A stretch of 64,000 nt of DNA, taken from NCBI GenBank assembly GCA_039815485.1, contig JBCBZD010000002.1, forward strand, positions 269,933-333,932. The letters run 5' to 3'. This stretch comes from Pseudomonadota bacterium. Its GTDB lineage: Bacteria; Pseudomonadota; Alphaproteobacteria; Caulobacterales; Hyphomonadaceae. Position 1 is the stretch's first letter; every line of letters begins with the position of its first letter. Positions 1 to 8,242 of the stretch are shown in pieces. The translations under genes and the position numbers were made by a program. Under the pieces are notes generated by a model that had not been told where the DNA came from, searched no databases, and was given only the letters and a program-made list of their open reading frames with translations.

Positions 1-1020
1 TTGGCAATCGATCCGGACTTCGCTCCCGCCATCCATCTCTACATTCATATCACTGAGTCTTCGGTCGACCCCTATCGCGCAGAAGCCTATGCAGACAGCC
101 TGCTGGAGCAAGGGCTCGGGGTCGGTCATCTCGTCCACATGCCGTCTCATATCTATCTGCGGCTTGGACAGTGGAAGAAATCGCATACGTCAAACATTGC
201 TGCGATTGAGGCAGACGAGGCCTATATCGCTGAAAGCGATAATGCCGCTGTCTATGGCAGCGTCTATTATCCGCACAATGTCCATTTCGTCGTGGCGAGT
301 TCGCAGTTTGCGGGCGATGCTGCCACCGCGCTGGAAATGGCAGACAAGCTAGAAAACATCGCCGCGCTTGACCCGTCTGCTCCGGCGCCATTGTCAGAGC
401 ATATTGCGGCCTCGCCGATCTTTACCGATCTCTTATTCTCGACCGGTGACACCGTGCTTGCCATACCGGAGCCCGCGGCGGCACATCTCTATATGCGAAA
501 CGCCTGGCATTATGCGCGCGGCACCGTCTTCGCGCGTCAGGGCGATCTTGCGGCGGCCGAAGCTGAGTTTGAAAAATTGAGCGCGCTCACAAGCGCCGAA
601 GGGTTCAGTGACTATGACACGCTCTATTTCGCGCCGCTCTCTGGGATCCAGACGGTTGCAAGTCTAACGCTCGAAGGCCGCATACTGGCGGCGAAAGGCG
701 ATCTCAAAGGCGCGATTGACCGGCTGGAGGCAGCCGCGGCCGCAGAAGCGGAACTGCCCTATTTCGAGCCGACCTGGTGGTATTATCCAACGCGCCAGAC
801 CCTCGGTCTCTACCTGCTTCAGGATGGACAATATGACCGGGCCGAGCGGGAGTTTTTCCGCACGCTGATCAAAGCACCAAACAATGCCTACGCGTTGTTT
901 GGCCTTGCTGAAACGTTCCGCGCCAAAGGCGACAAACGCGCCGAAGCCTATGCGCGGGCCCTCTTCGAAGACGCCTGGATGGGCCGCGAAGGCACCGTGC
1001 CCCAGCTGACGGATTTATAA
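1..1020 (+). CDS. TPR-repeat protein, 5'-truncated by the window edge
   Basis: Open frame from base 1 to TAA 1018-1020. Repeated helical TPR-like units (e.g. LGLYLLQDGQYDRAEREF...PNNAYALFGLAETFRAKG). Confidence 0.75.
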   Translation: MAIDPDFAPAIHLYIHITESSVDPYRAEAYADSLLEQGLGVGHLVHMPSHIYLRLGQWKKSHTSNIAAIEADEAYIAESDNAAVYGSVYYPHNVHFVVASSQFAGDAATALEMADKLENIAALDPSAPAPLSEHIAASPIFTDLLFSTGDTVLAIPEPAAAHLYMRNAWHYARGTVFARQGDLAAAEAEFEKLSALTSAEGFSDYDTLYFAPLSGIQTVASLTLEGRILAAKGDLKGAIDRLEAAAAAEAELPYFEPTWWYYPTRQTLGLYLLQDGQYDRAEREFFRTLIKAPNNAYALFGLAETFRAKGDKRAEAYARALFEDAWMGREGTVPQLTDL

Positions 1021-1024
1021 GAAA

Positions 1025-1052
1025 CAGACGGCGGCCTTTCGGTCGCCGTCTG
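1025..1052. terminator. Hairpin between the convergent TPR gene and rtcB, probable bidirectional terminator
   Basis: CAGACGGCGGCC-tttc-GGTCGCCGTCTG: 12-bp stem with one G-U pair. Confidence 0.7.
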
Positions 1053-1055
1053 CAG

Positions 1056-2267
1056 TTAACCTTTTACGCATACGACCTGACGCAGCGTGTGAACGATATC
1101 CACGAGATCAGACTGCGCTGCCATGACCGCGTCGATATCTTTATACGCCATAGGCGTCTCATCAACGACGCCCTGGTCTTTCCGGCACTCGACATGCGCA
1201 GTTGCTGCAACATGATCAGCGACGGTGAACCGACGCTTTGCCTCCGTCCGCGACATGGCTCGGCCTGCGCCGTGAGAGCATGAGCAAAACGAGTCCGCAT
1301 GTCCCTTTCCGCGCACAATGAACGACTTGGCGCCCATTGAACCCGGAATAATACCAAGTTCGCCATCGCCTGCCCGGACCGCGCCTTTCCGCGTGACCCA
1401 GATATCCGCGCCGAAATGCCGTTCCCGCTCCACGTAATTGTGGTGACAGTTCACCGCTGATTTCTCCAGAGTGAAAGCAGGTAGTTCGTCTCGGCAGGCC
1501 TGCAGAACCCGGTCCATCATGGCTTCCCGATTGAGCCGGGCATAGTCCTGTGCCCAGAGCACTGCCTGAGTGTAGTCGTCAAACAACGGCTCACCCTCGA
1601 CAAAGAAGGCCAGATCCCGGTCCGGAATGTGATAGCCAAGGACCCGTTTTTCCAAAGCGGCGCGTGCCTCTTGAATAAAGTAAGTCCCAATCCGGTTACC
1701 GGTACCCCGCGACCCAGTGTGCAACATGATCCACACCCGATCCACCTCATCGAGACAAATTTCGATAAAGTGGTTGCCGCCACCTAATGTGCCGAGCTGA
1801 GTTGAAAATTTGCCTGGGGTGATTTTCGGATGCTTCCCGACAATCACGTCCAGCTTTTCTACCAGGCCGGAGCGCTTGAGTCGGGTTGCAACTGAAGCAG
1901 GTGCGTCGCGGTGGTTGCCGCGTGGCCCGTTGCCGACCGGGACTTTGCGTTCAATTTCAGACCGCAACGCCCTCAGATTGTCTGGCAGATCAGATGCCGA
2001 CAGAGACGTTCGCATCGCCATCATACCACAGCCGATATCAACACCGACGGCGGCTGGAATGATCGCACCCTTGGTCGGGATCACTGAACCAACCGTAGCA
2101 CCGCGGCCAAAATGAACGTCAGGCATGACGGCGATGTGGCTGTGCACAAACGGCAAGCCGGCGACATTCTCCAATTGCGTGCGGGCTGCGGGTTCCAAAG
2201 GAACACCTTTGACCCACGCTTTGATCGTTCCGCCTTTGGCCGCTTCGATCACTTCAAAATTATTCAT
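1056..2267 (-). CDS. rtcB: RNA 3'-phosphate/5'-OH ligase RtcB
   Basis: 403 aa. Motifs MPDVH, AVGVDIGCG, GTLGGGNHFIE, HHNY, RKGA and HGAGR; closely resembles E. coli RtcB. Confidence 0.95.
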   Translation of the reverse strand: MNNFEVIEAAKGGTIKAWVKGVPLEPAARTQLENVAGLPFVHSHIAVMPDVHFGRGATVGSVIPTKGAIIPAAVGVDIGCGMMAMRTSLSASDLPDNLRALRSEIERKVPVGNGPRGNHRDAPASVATRLKRSGLVEKLDVIVGKHPKITPGKFSTQLGTLGGGNHFIEICLDEVDRVWIMLHTGSRGTGNRIGTYFIQEARAALEKRVLGYHIPDRDLAFFVEGEPLFDDYTQAVLWAQDYARLNREAMMDRVLQACRDELPAFTLEKSAVNCHHNYVERERHFGADIWVTRKGAVRAGDGELGIIPGSMGAKSFIVRGKGHADSFCSCSHGAGRAMSRTEAKRRFTVADHVAATAHVECRKDQGVVDETPMAYKDIDAVMAAQSDLVDIVHTLRQVVCVKG

Positions 2268-2335
2268 CGGTCTATAGCTCGCTTTGAGCTCCTTTCGTCG
2301 CCGATACCCTCCATGCGGCAGACCAACCGGGCAAG

Positions 2336-2369
2336 AAAAAACCCTCCCGGCCTGAAGCGCATGGAGGGT
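2336..2369 (-). terminator. Intrinsic terminator inside the rtcB 5' leader (attenuator)
   Basis: Minus strand reads ACCCUCC-N15-GGAGGGU then UUUUUCUUG, ending about 70 nt upstream of the rtcB ATG. Confidence 0.6.
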
Positions 2370-2410
2370 GCGTGAAACCGGCTTTCACCGGTGGGCTGAT
2401 GATCAGCCCG

Positions 2411-2497
2411 TCATCCAACATCCTCCATAAGGCATGAGCCGCTGCGCTCATCCCGCGCACCGCTAAAGCCTTTTTGATTTTGGGGCCGATAGGTCAT
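2411..2497 (-). CDS. Putative 28-aa leader peptide (uORF) MTYRPQNQKGFSGARDERSGSCLMEDVG
   Basis: GGAGG (2507-2503) lies 5 nt before the ATG. The ORF sits between the promoter and the leader terminator. Confidence 0.5.
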   Translation of the reverse strand: MTYRPQNQKGFSGARDERSGSCLMEDVG

Positions 2498-2527
2498 CGG
2501 ATCCTCCGGAATGTTGAATGGACGCGG

Positions 2528-2556
2528 CATATGCGCGATGATCGACGTAACGTCAA
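2528..2556 (-). promoter_or_regulatory. Sigma70-type promoter of the rtcB leader
   Basis: TTGACG-N17-CATATG on the minus strand. Confidence 0.55.
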
Positions 2557-2596
2557 GAAGAATTTGGGCGATCGCTTTGCAACACGACAGTAAATA

Positions 2597-2625
2597 GCCC
2601 ACAGGCCCTTTTCAGGCCTGCGGGC
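2597..2625 (-). terminator. Terminator of the DUF305/LVIVD gene
   Basis: GCCCGCAGGCC-N7-GGCCUGUGGGC followed by UAUUU. Confidence 0.65.
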
Positions 2626-2646
2626 ATCTACTGTTTCCGCCTCGAG

Positions 2647-5208
2647 CTAGCCGACCCGATCTGCGATTGAGGTGAGTGCGTCCTGCAACGCGACCATACG
2701 GGCCGCGATCACCGCGCTCGTCTCATCGATATCAAGATCGCGGGCCAGATTGTTAAGCGTGCGTTCCAGTCTGCGGTTGCGGTCTTCGCTCTCAATCGCT
2801 GCAGCAGCTGAGGCCAGCGCCTCGGTAAGGGCCGTAACCTCTATCTCAGACAGGGCCGCATCGCGCTCCAGCTGATCGACATAAGCCAGCGCGACTGTCG
2901 GCTCAGCATTCGGCCAGGTGACTGCAAACTGCTGTTGTGGATTGAACAGCTCGCCTTGATCGGCAAGCGCGGCCGCAGCGATCTCATTCTCGCTCATATA
3001 GGCGCTCGGTTCGAGCTCGAACACGTCCAGCCCGCGAACAATTTCCGTGCCATAGACTTTGCCGTCATACCAATAGGTCGACCAGTAACCGCCAAGCACC
3101 AAACGCTCCTCATGGATCGGTCCACGGTCGAAATAAGCGATCTCAACCGGATTGGAGCTGTCGGTAAAGTCAATCACCGACATGCCACCCTGATACCAGG
3201 CCTGAACGAACAAATCGCGGCCCGGAACCGGCAGGACAGAGCCATTGTGAGCGACACAATTCTCTTGTTCGCTTTGCGGCGCGGGCAGTTTGAAATAGCC
3301 TTGGAATTCAAGCTTTCCGTCGACAATGTCATAAATCGCATTGGCGCCCCAATCCATCGGATCGGATGGACGACAGCGCGGCCGACTGCCACCACCCCAT
3401 TCATCCGTGAACAGGACTTTTGTTCCGTCATTATTGAACGTTGCAGAGTGCCAATAGGCAAACTTCTGATCCACGACGTCGTCAATACGTTTCGGATTAT
3501 AGGGGTCTGAAATATCAAAGATCACGCCATTGCCAGAACAGGCACCCGCAGCAATCTGCAACTCCGGGAAGGCTGTGATGTCATGGCAATGATCGGTCCG
3601 CCAGGTGCGTTGGGTGTCATCGCCATGGTCGCCGCCGCGCCAAAGCCCGGCCATCTGACCGGTCTCTTCATCCATGAAGACCGCCGGGCTATCAACGATA
3701 CGGGCTTGCATTGGGTCGTCGACCGGAATCTCAATCACATCAATGCGGAACAGGGCCGTGCGGTCATCGCCGGGAACCGGGCCAATACAGCCGGGCAGCT
3801 CCTCTTCCTCGCGGATGAAAGCGGTGCCGGAATTATAGACGATGATCTTGCCATCTTCATCTGGGCCGGACACGACCGAATGGGTGTGAGAGCCGCGGCA
3901 GGTCTGCACCTGTCCAACCTGACGTGGCAGGGTTGGATCAGAGATATCGAAAATTCTGAGGCCGCGGAAACGCTCTTCGCTCACATCCTCAGAGACGCCC
4001 TGACGCCCGCAGTCTACGCGCCCGCGCGCTTGCTCTACAGACATGATTAGCAAATCACCAACAATCGAGACATCGCCTTGTCCACCGGGGCAGACAACCG
4101 AACTGATCAGCTCTGGCACGTCACTTTCGGCCAGGCTGTAGATATTGAAACCGTGATAGTTGCCAACGATCAGCATATCGCCCGAGAAGGCCATATCTGT
4201 GTTGGAGAAACTGAGCAGCGGCGAGCGCTCGCCCCAATTTGTGCCTTCATTGGACTGCTCGTCTTCAGTCTCAGTTTCTTCAGACGCAACTTCGGTTTCG
4301 GCGGGCATGGCGTCATCGTGACCCGCATGTCCCTCATGGCCATCATGCCCGGCATGATCGTGGGTTTCGGCTTCGGTGTCAGAGGCTTCTTCCTCTTCAT
4401 CGTCAGGAACGATCGGTGGCAGGTCAGACGGGTTTTCCGGGTCAAAGAACCCATCCGGCCGTGGCAGAGACGCAATCAGGGTCAGGTTGGAAATCGCCCG
4501 GCCGGCATCCTGAAAGCCTGCAGCCAGTCCGGCCCGTGGGTCACTCGACAGCCCAGCCAGCAATTCGTTCATGCGCTCGATTTCAGAGGTCTGGTCGTTG
4601 ACAATGTCATTGACGAACTCAAACAGCACTGGATCATAGGCCGTGCCGCGTTTGTCCAGCAAGTCCTCAACCATGGTCACAGCGCCTTCATGGTGCCTGA
4701 TCATCAGGGTCAGGAACAGCTGATCAAATGAGACCCCGTCAGAGGCCGCCAGCAGTGCCATTTGTTCCGGCGTCGCCATCCCCATCATGTCATGCGACAT
4801 GTGCGTGCCATGATGATCATGCCCACCTGGCGCATCTTCGCCGCGCTGGGCCAGCCAGTCTTGCATAAACGCGATTTCATCAGCCTGGGAGGCATCGATC
4901 CGCCCGGAAATATCGACGATATCATCCGTATTGGTGCGATCAGCCACCAAAGAGGCCATCTCGACGGCTTGCTGATGATGCGGGATCATGTCCTGCATAA
5001 AGCGGACATCATCGATGGAGTAACTCGTATCAGCGATGGTCGCCGCTTCTTCAGCGCTAAGCGTTATTGCCGTTTCCCCCGGCGCGCCAGGCTGAATAAT
5101 CACAACGTCTTCTGCGCTCGCGAGACCACTTGCAATGGACAAGGCCACAATACTTGTCGCCGCCTTCGTAATCCATTGTCGCTGTTTGGTCCGTCCAATC
5201 GTGCTCAT
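2647..5208 (-). CDS. Secreted DUF305 (CopM-like) domain + LVIVD-repeat beta-propeller protein
   Basis: Signal peptide. DUF305 helices (FMQDMIPHHQQAVEMA, LMIRHHEGAVTM). His/Met-rich linkers. LVIVD-like repeats (GLRIFDISDP, VIDFTDSSNP). Confidence 0.8.
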   Translation of the reverse strand: MSTIGRTKQRQWITKAATSIVALSIASGLASAEDVVIIQPGAPGETAITLSAEEAATIADTSYSIDDVRFMQDMIPHHQQAVEMASLVADRTNTDDIVDISGRIDASQADEIAFMQDWLAQRGEDAPGGHDHHGTHMSHDMMGMATPEQMALLAASDGVSFDQLFLTLMIRHHEGAVTMVEDLLDKRGTAYDPVLFEFVNDIVNDQTSEIERMNELLAGLSSDPRAGLAAGFQDAGRAISNLTLIASLPRPDGFFDPENPSDLPPIVPDDEEEEASDTEAETHDHAGHDGHEGHAGHDDAMPAETEVASEETETEDEQSNEGTNWGERSPLLSFSNTDMAFSGDMLIVGNYHGFNIYSLAESDVPELISSVVCPGGQGDVSIVGDLLIMSVEQARGRVDCGRQGVSEDVSEERFRGLRIFDISDPTLPRQVGQVQTCRGSHTHSVVSGPDEDGKIIVYNSGTAFIREEEELPGCIGPVPGDDRTALFRIDVIEIPVDDPMQARIVDSPAVFMDEETGQMAGLWRGGDHGDDTQRTWRTDHCHDITAFPELQIAAGACSGNGVIFDISDPYNPKRIDDVVDQKFAYWHSATFNNDGTKVLFTDEWGGGSRPRCRPSDPMDWGANAIYDIVDGKLEFQGYFKLPAPQSEQENCVAHNGSVLPVPGRDLFVQAWYQGGMSVIDFTDSSNPVEIAYFDRGPIHEERLVLGGYWSTYWYDGKVYGTEIVRGLDVFELEPSAYMSENEIAAAALADQGELFNPQQQFAVTWPNAEPTVALAYVDQLERDAALSEIEVTALTEALASAAAAIESEDRNRRLERTLNNLARDLDIDETSAVIAARMVALQDALTSIADRVG

Positions 5209-5345
5209 CGCTGCCGCTCTCCATCTTACAAAACCGTTAACCCTTATGGCACACGGGTTCGAGAGCGCAATCGCAAACCGGGTTGCGCGTTAATGCGCGC
5301 TAAGAATGCTCGCGGTTTATAGTGGATGCCGAAGCGCTGCGCTGG

Positions 5346-6227
5346 TTAGGCTTGCGGAATAAGGCCTGCGGTTTCCGGGTCACCGACCATAACGGTCAGG
5401 GCCTTGCGCAGTTTGCCAAGCGCCTGATGCTCAATCTGGCGAACCCGTTCCTTGGAAATCCCAAGCCGTTTGCCAAGCACTTCCAGCGTCACGCCATCAT
5501 CGGTCAGGCGGCGCTCCATGATGATCAGCGTCTCGCGCTCATTCAGTGCTTTTAAGGCTTCGGCAATCCACTCCTTGCGGCGTTCGCTGTCATGCTGCTC
5601 CATCACCTGAACGTCCGGTGTGGCCGCATGATCTGGCAGAAGGTCCTGCCATTCAGCTTCTCCGTCAGCCGTCATGGGGGCGTTGAGAGAGCGATCAGCA
5701 GCTGACAGGCGCGAGGCCATGGAGGCAACATCCCGCTCTGGCACACCAAGGTGTTCAGAGACCCATTTGCGGTTCTCATCGGTCATAATGCCATCGCCGG
5801 TATCATCAATCTTGGCGCGCAACCGGCGCAGGTTGAAGAATAGCGATTTCTGCGCTGCTGTCGTCCCGGTGCGAACAATCGACCAGTTGCGCAAGACATA
5901 ATCCTGAATGGAAGACCGGATCCACCATGAGGCATAGGTCGAAAAGCGCACTTCGCGGCCCGGATCAAATCGCGCGGCCGCTTGCATCAGGCCGACATTG
6001 CCTTCCTGAACAAGGTCGGCGAGCGGCAGGCCATAGTGGCGAAACTTCGAAGCCATCGCGATCACCAGACGCATATAGGCCGTCGTCAACTCATGCAGGG
6101 CGCGTTCATCTTCATGGTCTCGCCAACGCGTTGCCAGATGGATCTCATGATCGGCCTCCAGCATCGGGGCCTTCATGGCTTTCCGAACGAATCTGCGATC
6201 AGCGGGTCCTGCTTGCTGTGACGCCAT
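5346..6227 (-). CDS. rpoH2: RNA polymerase sigma-32 family factor, RpoH2 type
   Basis: Region 2 DLVQEGNVGLMQAAARFDP...FSTYASWW, RpoH box QKSLFFNLRR, region 4 TLEVLGKRLGISKERVRQIE. Located next to carD as in other alphaproteobacteria. Confidence 0.88.
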   Translation of the reverse strand: MASQQAGPADRRFVRKAMKAPMLEADHEIHLATRWRDHEDERALHELTTAYMRLVIAMASKFRHYGLPLADLVQEGNVGLMQAAARFDPGREVRFSTYASWWIRSSIQDYVLRNWSIVRTGTTAAQKSLFFNLRRLRAKIDDTGDGIMTDENRKWVSEHLGVPERDVASMASRLSAADRSLNAPMTADGEAEWQDLLPDHAATPDVQVMEQHDSERRKEWIAEALKALNERETLIIMERRLTDDGVTLEVLGKRLGISKERVRQIEHQALGKLRKALTVMVGDPETAGLIPQA

Positions 6228-6252
6228 AGGCTGCCTCCACGTGTTTATATAT

Positions 6253-6281
6253 TCTTACGCCGTGTCAGCAGGTTCGGATCA
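6253..6281 (-). promoter_or_regulatory. RpoE (ChrR-controlled ECF) promoter of rpoH2
   Basis: TGATCC-N18-TAAGA, matching the Rhodobacter/Caulobacter sigmaE consensus. rpoH2 is an established sigmaE target in Rhodobacter sphaeroides. Confidence 0.78.
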
Positions 6282-6339
6282 CATCAGACTTGATTTATTT
6301 TGGATCGAACTAAAAAGCGAATCCAATGGGGTTGGAATG

Positions 6340-6369
6340 AAAAAAGCCCCGCCAGATCGGCGAGGCTTT
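6340..6369 (-). terminator. carD terminator
   Basis: AAAGCCUCGCC-gaucu-GGCGGGGCUUUUUU. Confidence 0.8.
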
Positions 6370-6403
6370 AAAGACATTACTCGTCGTCTTCGACGTCGCC
6401 CTT

Positions 6404-6925
6404 TCAGGCAGCTTTCTTCTTTGCCAGTGACTTGGCCAGACGATCCATGGCCATGTCATGGTCAATGCTTTCAACCGCTGCAAGTTCACGTGCCATACGG
6501 TCAAGCGCGCTCTCGTAGAGCTGGCGTTCGGAATAGGACTGTTCAGGCTGATCTTCCAGACGGTGCAGATCACGAACAACTTCCGCGATGGAGATCAGGT
6601 CGCCAGAATTGATCTTGGCTTCATATTCCTGCGCGCGGCGCGACCACATGGTCCGCTTGATCCGGGCCTTGCCGCCAAGTGTGCGCAGTGCATCGTCGAC
6701 CAGTTTTGAACCTGCCAGCGCACGCATGCCAGAGGCAATGGCGCGATTGGTTGGAACACGCAGGATCATCTTGTCCTGATCAAAAGAGACAACATAGACT
6801 TCGAGCGTCATGCCCGCGACTTGCTGCTGATCAATGCTGGTGACAGTACCAACACCGTGAGCGGGGTAGACAATCTTTTGTCCAGCCTCGAAGTCGAGCT
6901 TTGTTGCCGCATCTGATTTTGCCAT
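6404..6925 (-). CDS. carD: CarD/CdnL family transcription factor
   Basis: IVYPAHGVG and IKRTMWSRRAQEYEAKINSG motifs. Start moved to MAKSDA (6925); the longer ORF-track extension overlaps the promoter. Confidence 0.92.
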   Translation of the reverse strand: MAKSDAATKLDFEAGQKIVYPAHGVGTVTSIDQQQVAGMTLEVYVVSFDQDKMILRVPTNRAIASGMRALAGSKLVDDALRTLGGKARIKRTMWSRRAQEYEAKINSGDLISIAEVVRDLHRLEDQPEQSYSERQLYESALDRMARELAAVESIDHDMAMDRLAKSLAKKKAA

Positions 6926-7022
6926 GTGGGAGACCTCATTTTCTACGCAAACGAGCCATGTCACCGGTGAAAGAAGGTCCACCGACAATGTGCATGGCTC
7001 GCAAGTCTTGTTGTGACAGATA

Positions 7023-7051
7023 TGTATAGCAGAAAACCGTCCTATTCTCAA
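7023..7051 (-). promoter_or_regulatory. Sigma70-type promoter of carD
   Basis: TTGAGA-N17-TATACA. Confidence 0.55.
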
Positions 7052-7085
7052 CAGGCGGGTTTAATTCTCATTAATTCAATTGCAG

Positions 7086-7427
7086 TTAGTCGCCCGTGCC
7101 CGGTTTGTCGCTGAAATATTTTGCCAGTTTTCCGGTTTCTTGCGCGAACTCTTCGCGGTCGGCCGGCGGATCTTTCATGATCGTGATGTTCGGCCAGACC
7201 TTGGCATAATCGGTATTGAGTTTCAGCCACTTGGCATCCGGCTCGTCCTCGGTGTCTGGTTTAATCGCTTCAACCGGACATTCCGGTTCACAAACGCCGC
7301 AATCGATACACTCATCGGGGTGGATGACGAGCATATTCTCGCCTTCGTAAAAGCAGTCGACCGGACAGACTTCGACGCAATCCATATATTTGCATCGAAT
7401 GCAGGCATCCATAACAATATAGGTCAT
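7086..7427 (-). CDS. fdxA: 7Fe ferredoxin FdxA
   Basis: [14 protein letters not shown] and [12 protein letters not shown] motifs. Confidence 0.95.
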   Translation of the reverse strand: MTYIVMDACIRCKYMDCVEVCPVDCFYEGENMLVIHPDECIDCGVCEPECPVEAIKPDTEDEPDAKWLKLNTDYAKVWPNITIMKDPPADREEFAQETGKLAKYFSDKPGTGD

Positions 7428-7500
7428 TCACTGGCCCTGTAATTCAAGTTTCAGCTGCGCAAATGGCGGCGGCTGGCGCGCAAGTCAATGTAGCGGGCTG

Positions 7501-7941
7501 TCACTGTGTGTTTAGTCCAGCTCTTTTGCGCGCGTGTGCCCGTGTTACGTCATCAATGTGCAACAGGCTGGCAACATGCCGGATATACGCTTCTTCGAAC
7601 TTGCAGGCCTCACCATCGGCAAATGAAACCCGATAAAGGCTTTCGATAATCGCTGTCCGCTCACGCTCTGGCAGCTTTTTGACATGCCGGGTTAAAGCGT
7701 GTGCGTCGGTCGCATTCTCTGCCAGTTCCTCGCCGCGTTTGAGGACCTCATCGGCGCGGGTCGCATCCATGTTGAAACTCGTGACCAGAAGTTCAGCGAC
7801 CATGTCGCTCTCAAGGTTTGCGTAGATGCCATCGACCAGAGCTGCCTCAACCATCAGGGCTGCCGCCGCTTCATAGGGGTCGAGGTCGCGAATCGGAGCT
7901 TCACGCTCGCCACCGAACAATCTGGAGAAAAAACCACTCAT
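7501..7941 (-). CDS. TerB-family (tellurite-resistance-like) protein
   Basis: ALMVEAALVDG and SLYRVSFADG...EEAYIRHVASLLHI. Start placed at MSGFFSR. Confidence 0.8.
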   Translation of the reverse strand: MSGFFSRLFGGEREAPIRDLDPYEAAAALMVEAALVDGIYANLESDMVAELLVTSFNMDATRADEVLKRGEELAENATDAHALTRHVKKLPERERTAIIESLYRVSFADGEACKFEEAYIRHVASLLHIDDVTRAHARKRAGLNTQ

Positions 7942-7948
7942 ACGGGCC

Positions 7949-8242
7949 TTATGTGTCTTGCGTGAGGGTTCTGTAAAGGGTTGCTGCTTCAGCGGCGGGT
8001 CCACGCCGCGTGCCGGCATCCAGCATTTCGACCGTCTGAACCTCGCGCATTCGGTAAAATGTCAGAACGTCCCCGGGCAGAATTCGCGTGCCCGGCTTGT
8101 CGGTTTTCCGGGTCTGCCCATGCCGTGTCAGCCGCACACCCTTGCGACTGATATAGTCTGTAGCCAAAGCCCGGGTTCGGAAAAACCGCGCGCGCCACAG
8201 CCAGATATCCAGACGAATGTCTTCGGCCTGTTGATCAGGCAT
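7949..8242 (-). CDS. S4-domain RNA-binding protein (Hsp15/HslR-like)
   Basis: RLDIWLWRARFFRTRALA. The start overlaps the helicase stop (ATGCCTGA). Confidence 0.85.
   Translation of the reverse strand: MPDQQAEDIRLDIWLWRARFFRTRALATDYISRKGVRLTRHGQTRKTDKPGTRILPGDVLTFYRMREVQTVEMLDAGTRRGPAAEAATLYRTLTQDT

Noticed and set aside
2300-2530. Y RNA or tRNA-like RNA upstream of rtcB
   Set aside because: No T-loop or cloverleaf could be built and no Ro60/rsr gene is present; the attenuator model fits better.
7061-7074. TTAA-N6-TTAA as a CtrA site
   Set aside because: The spacer is 6, not the required 7.
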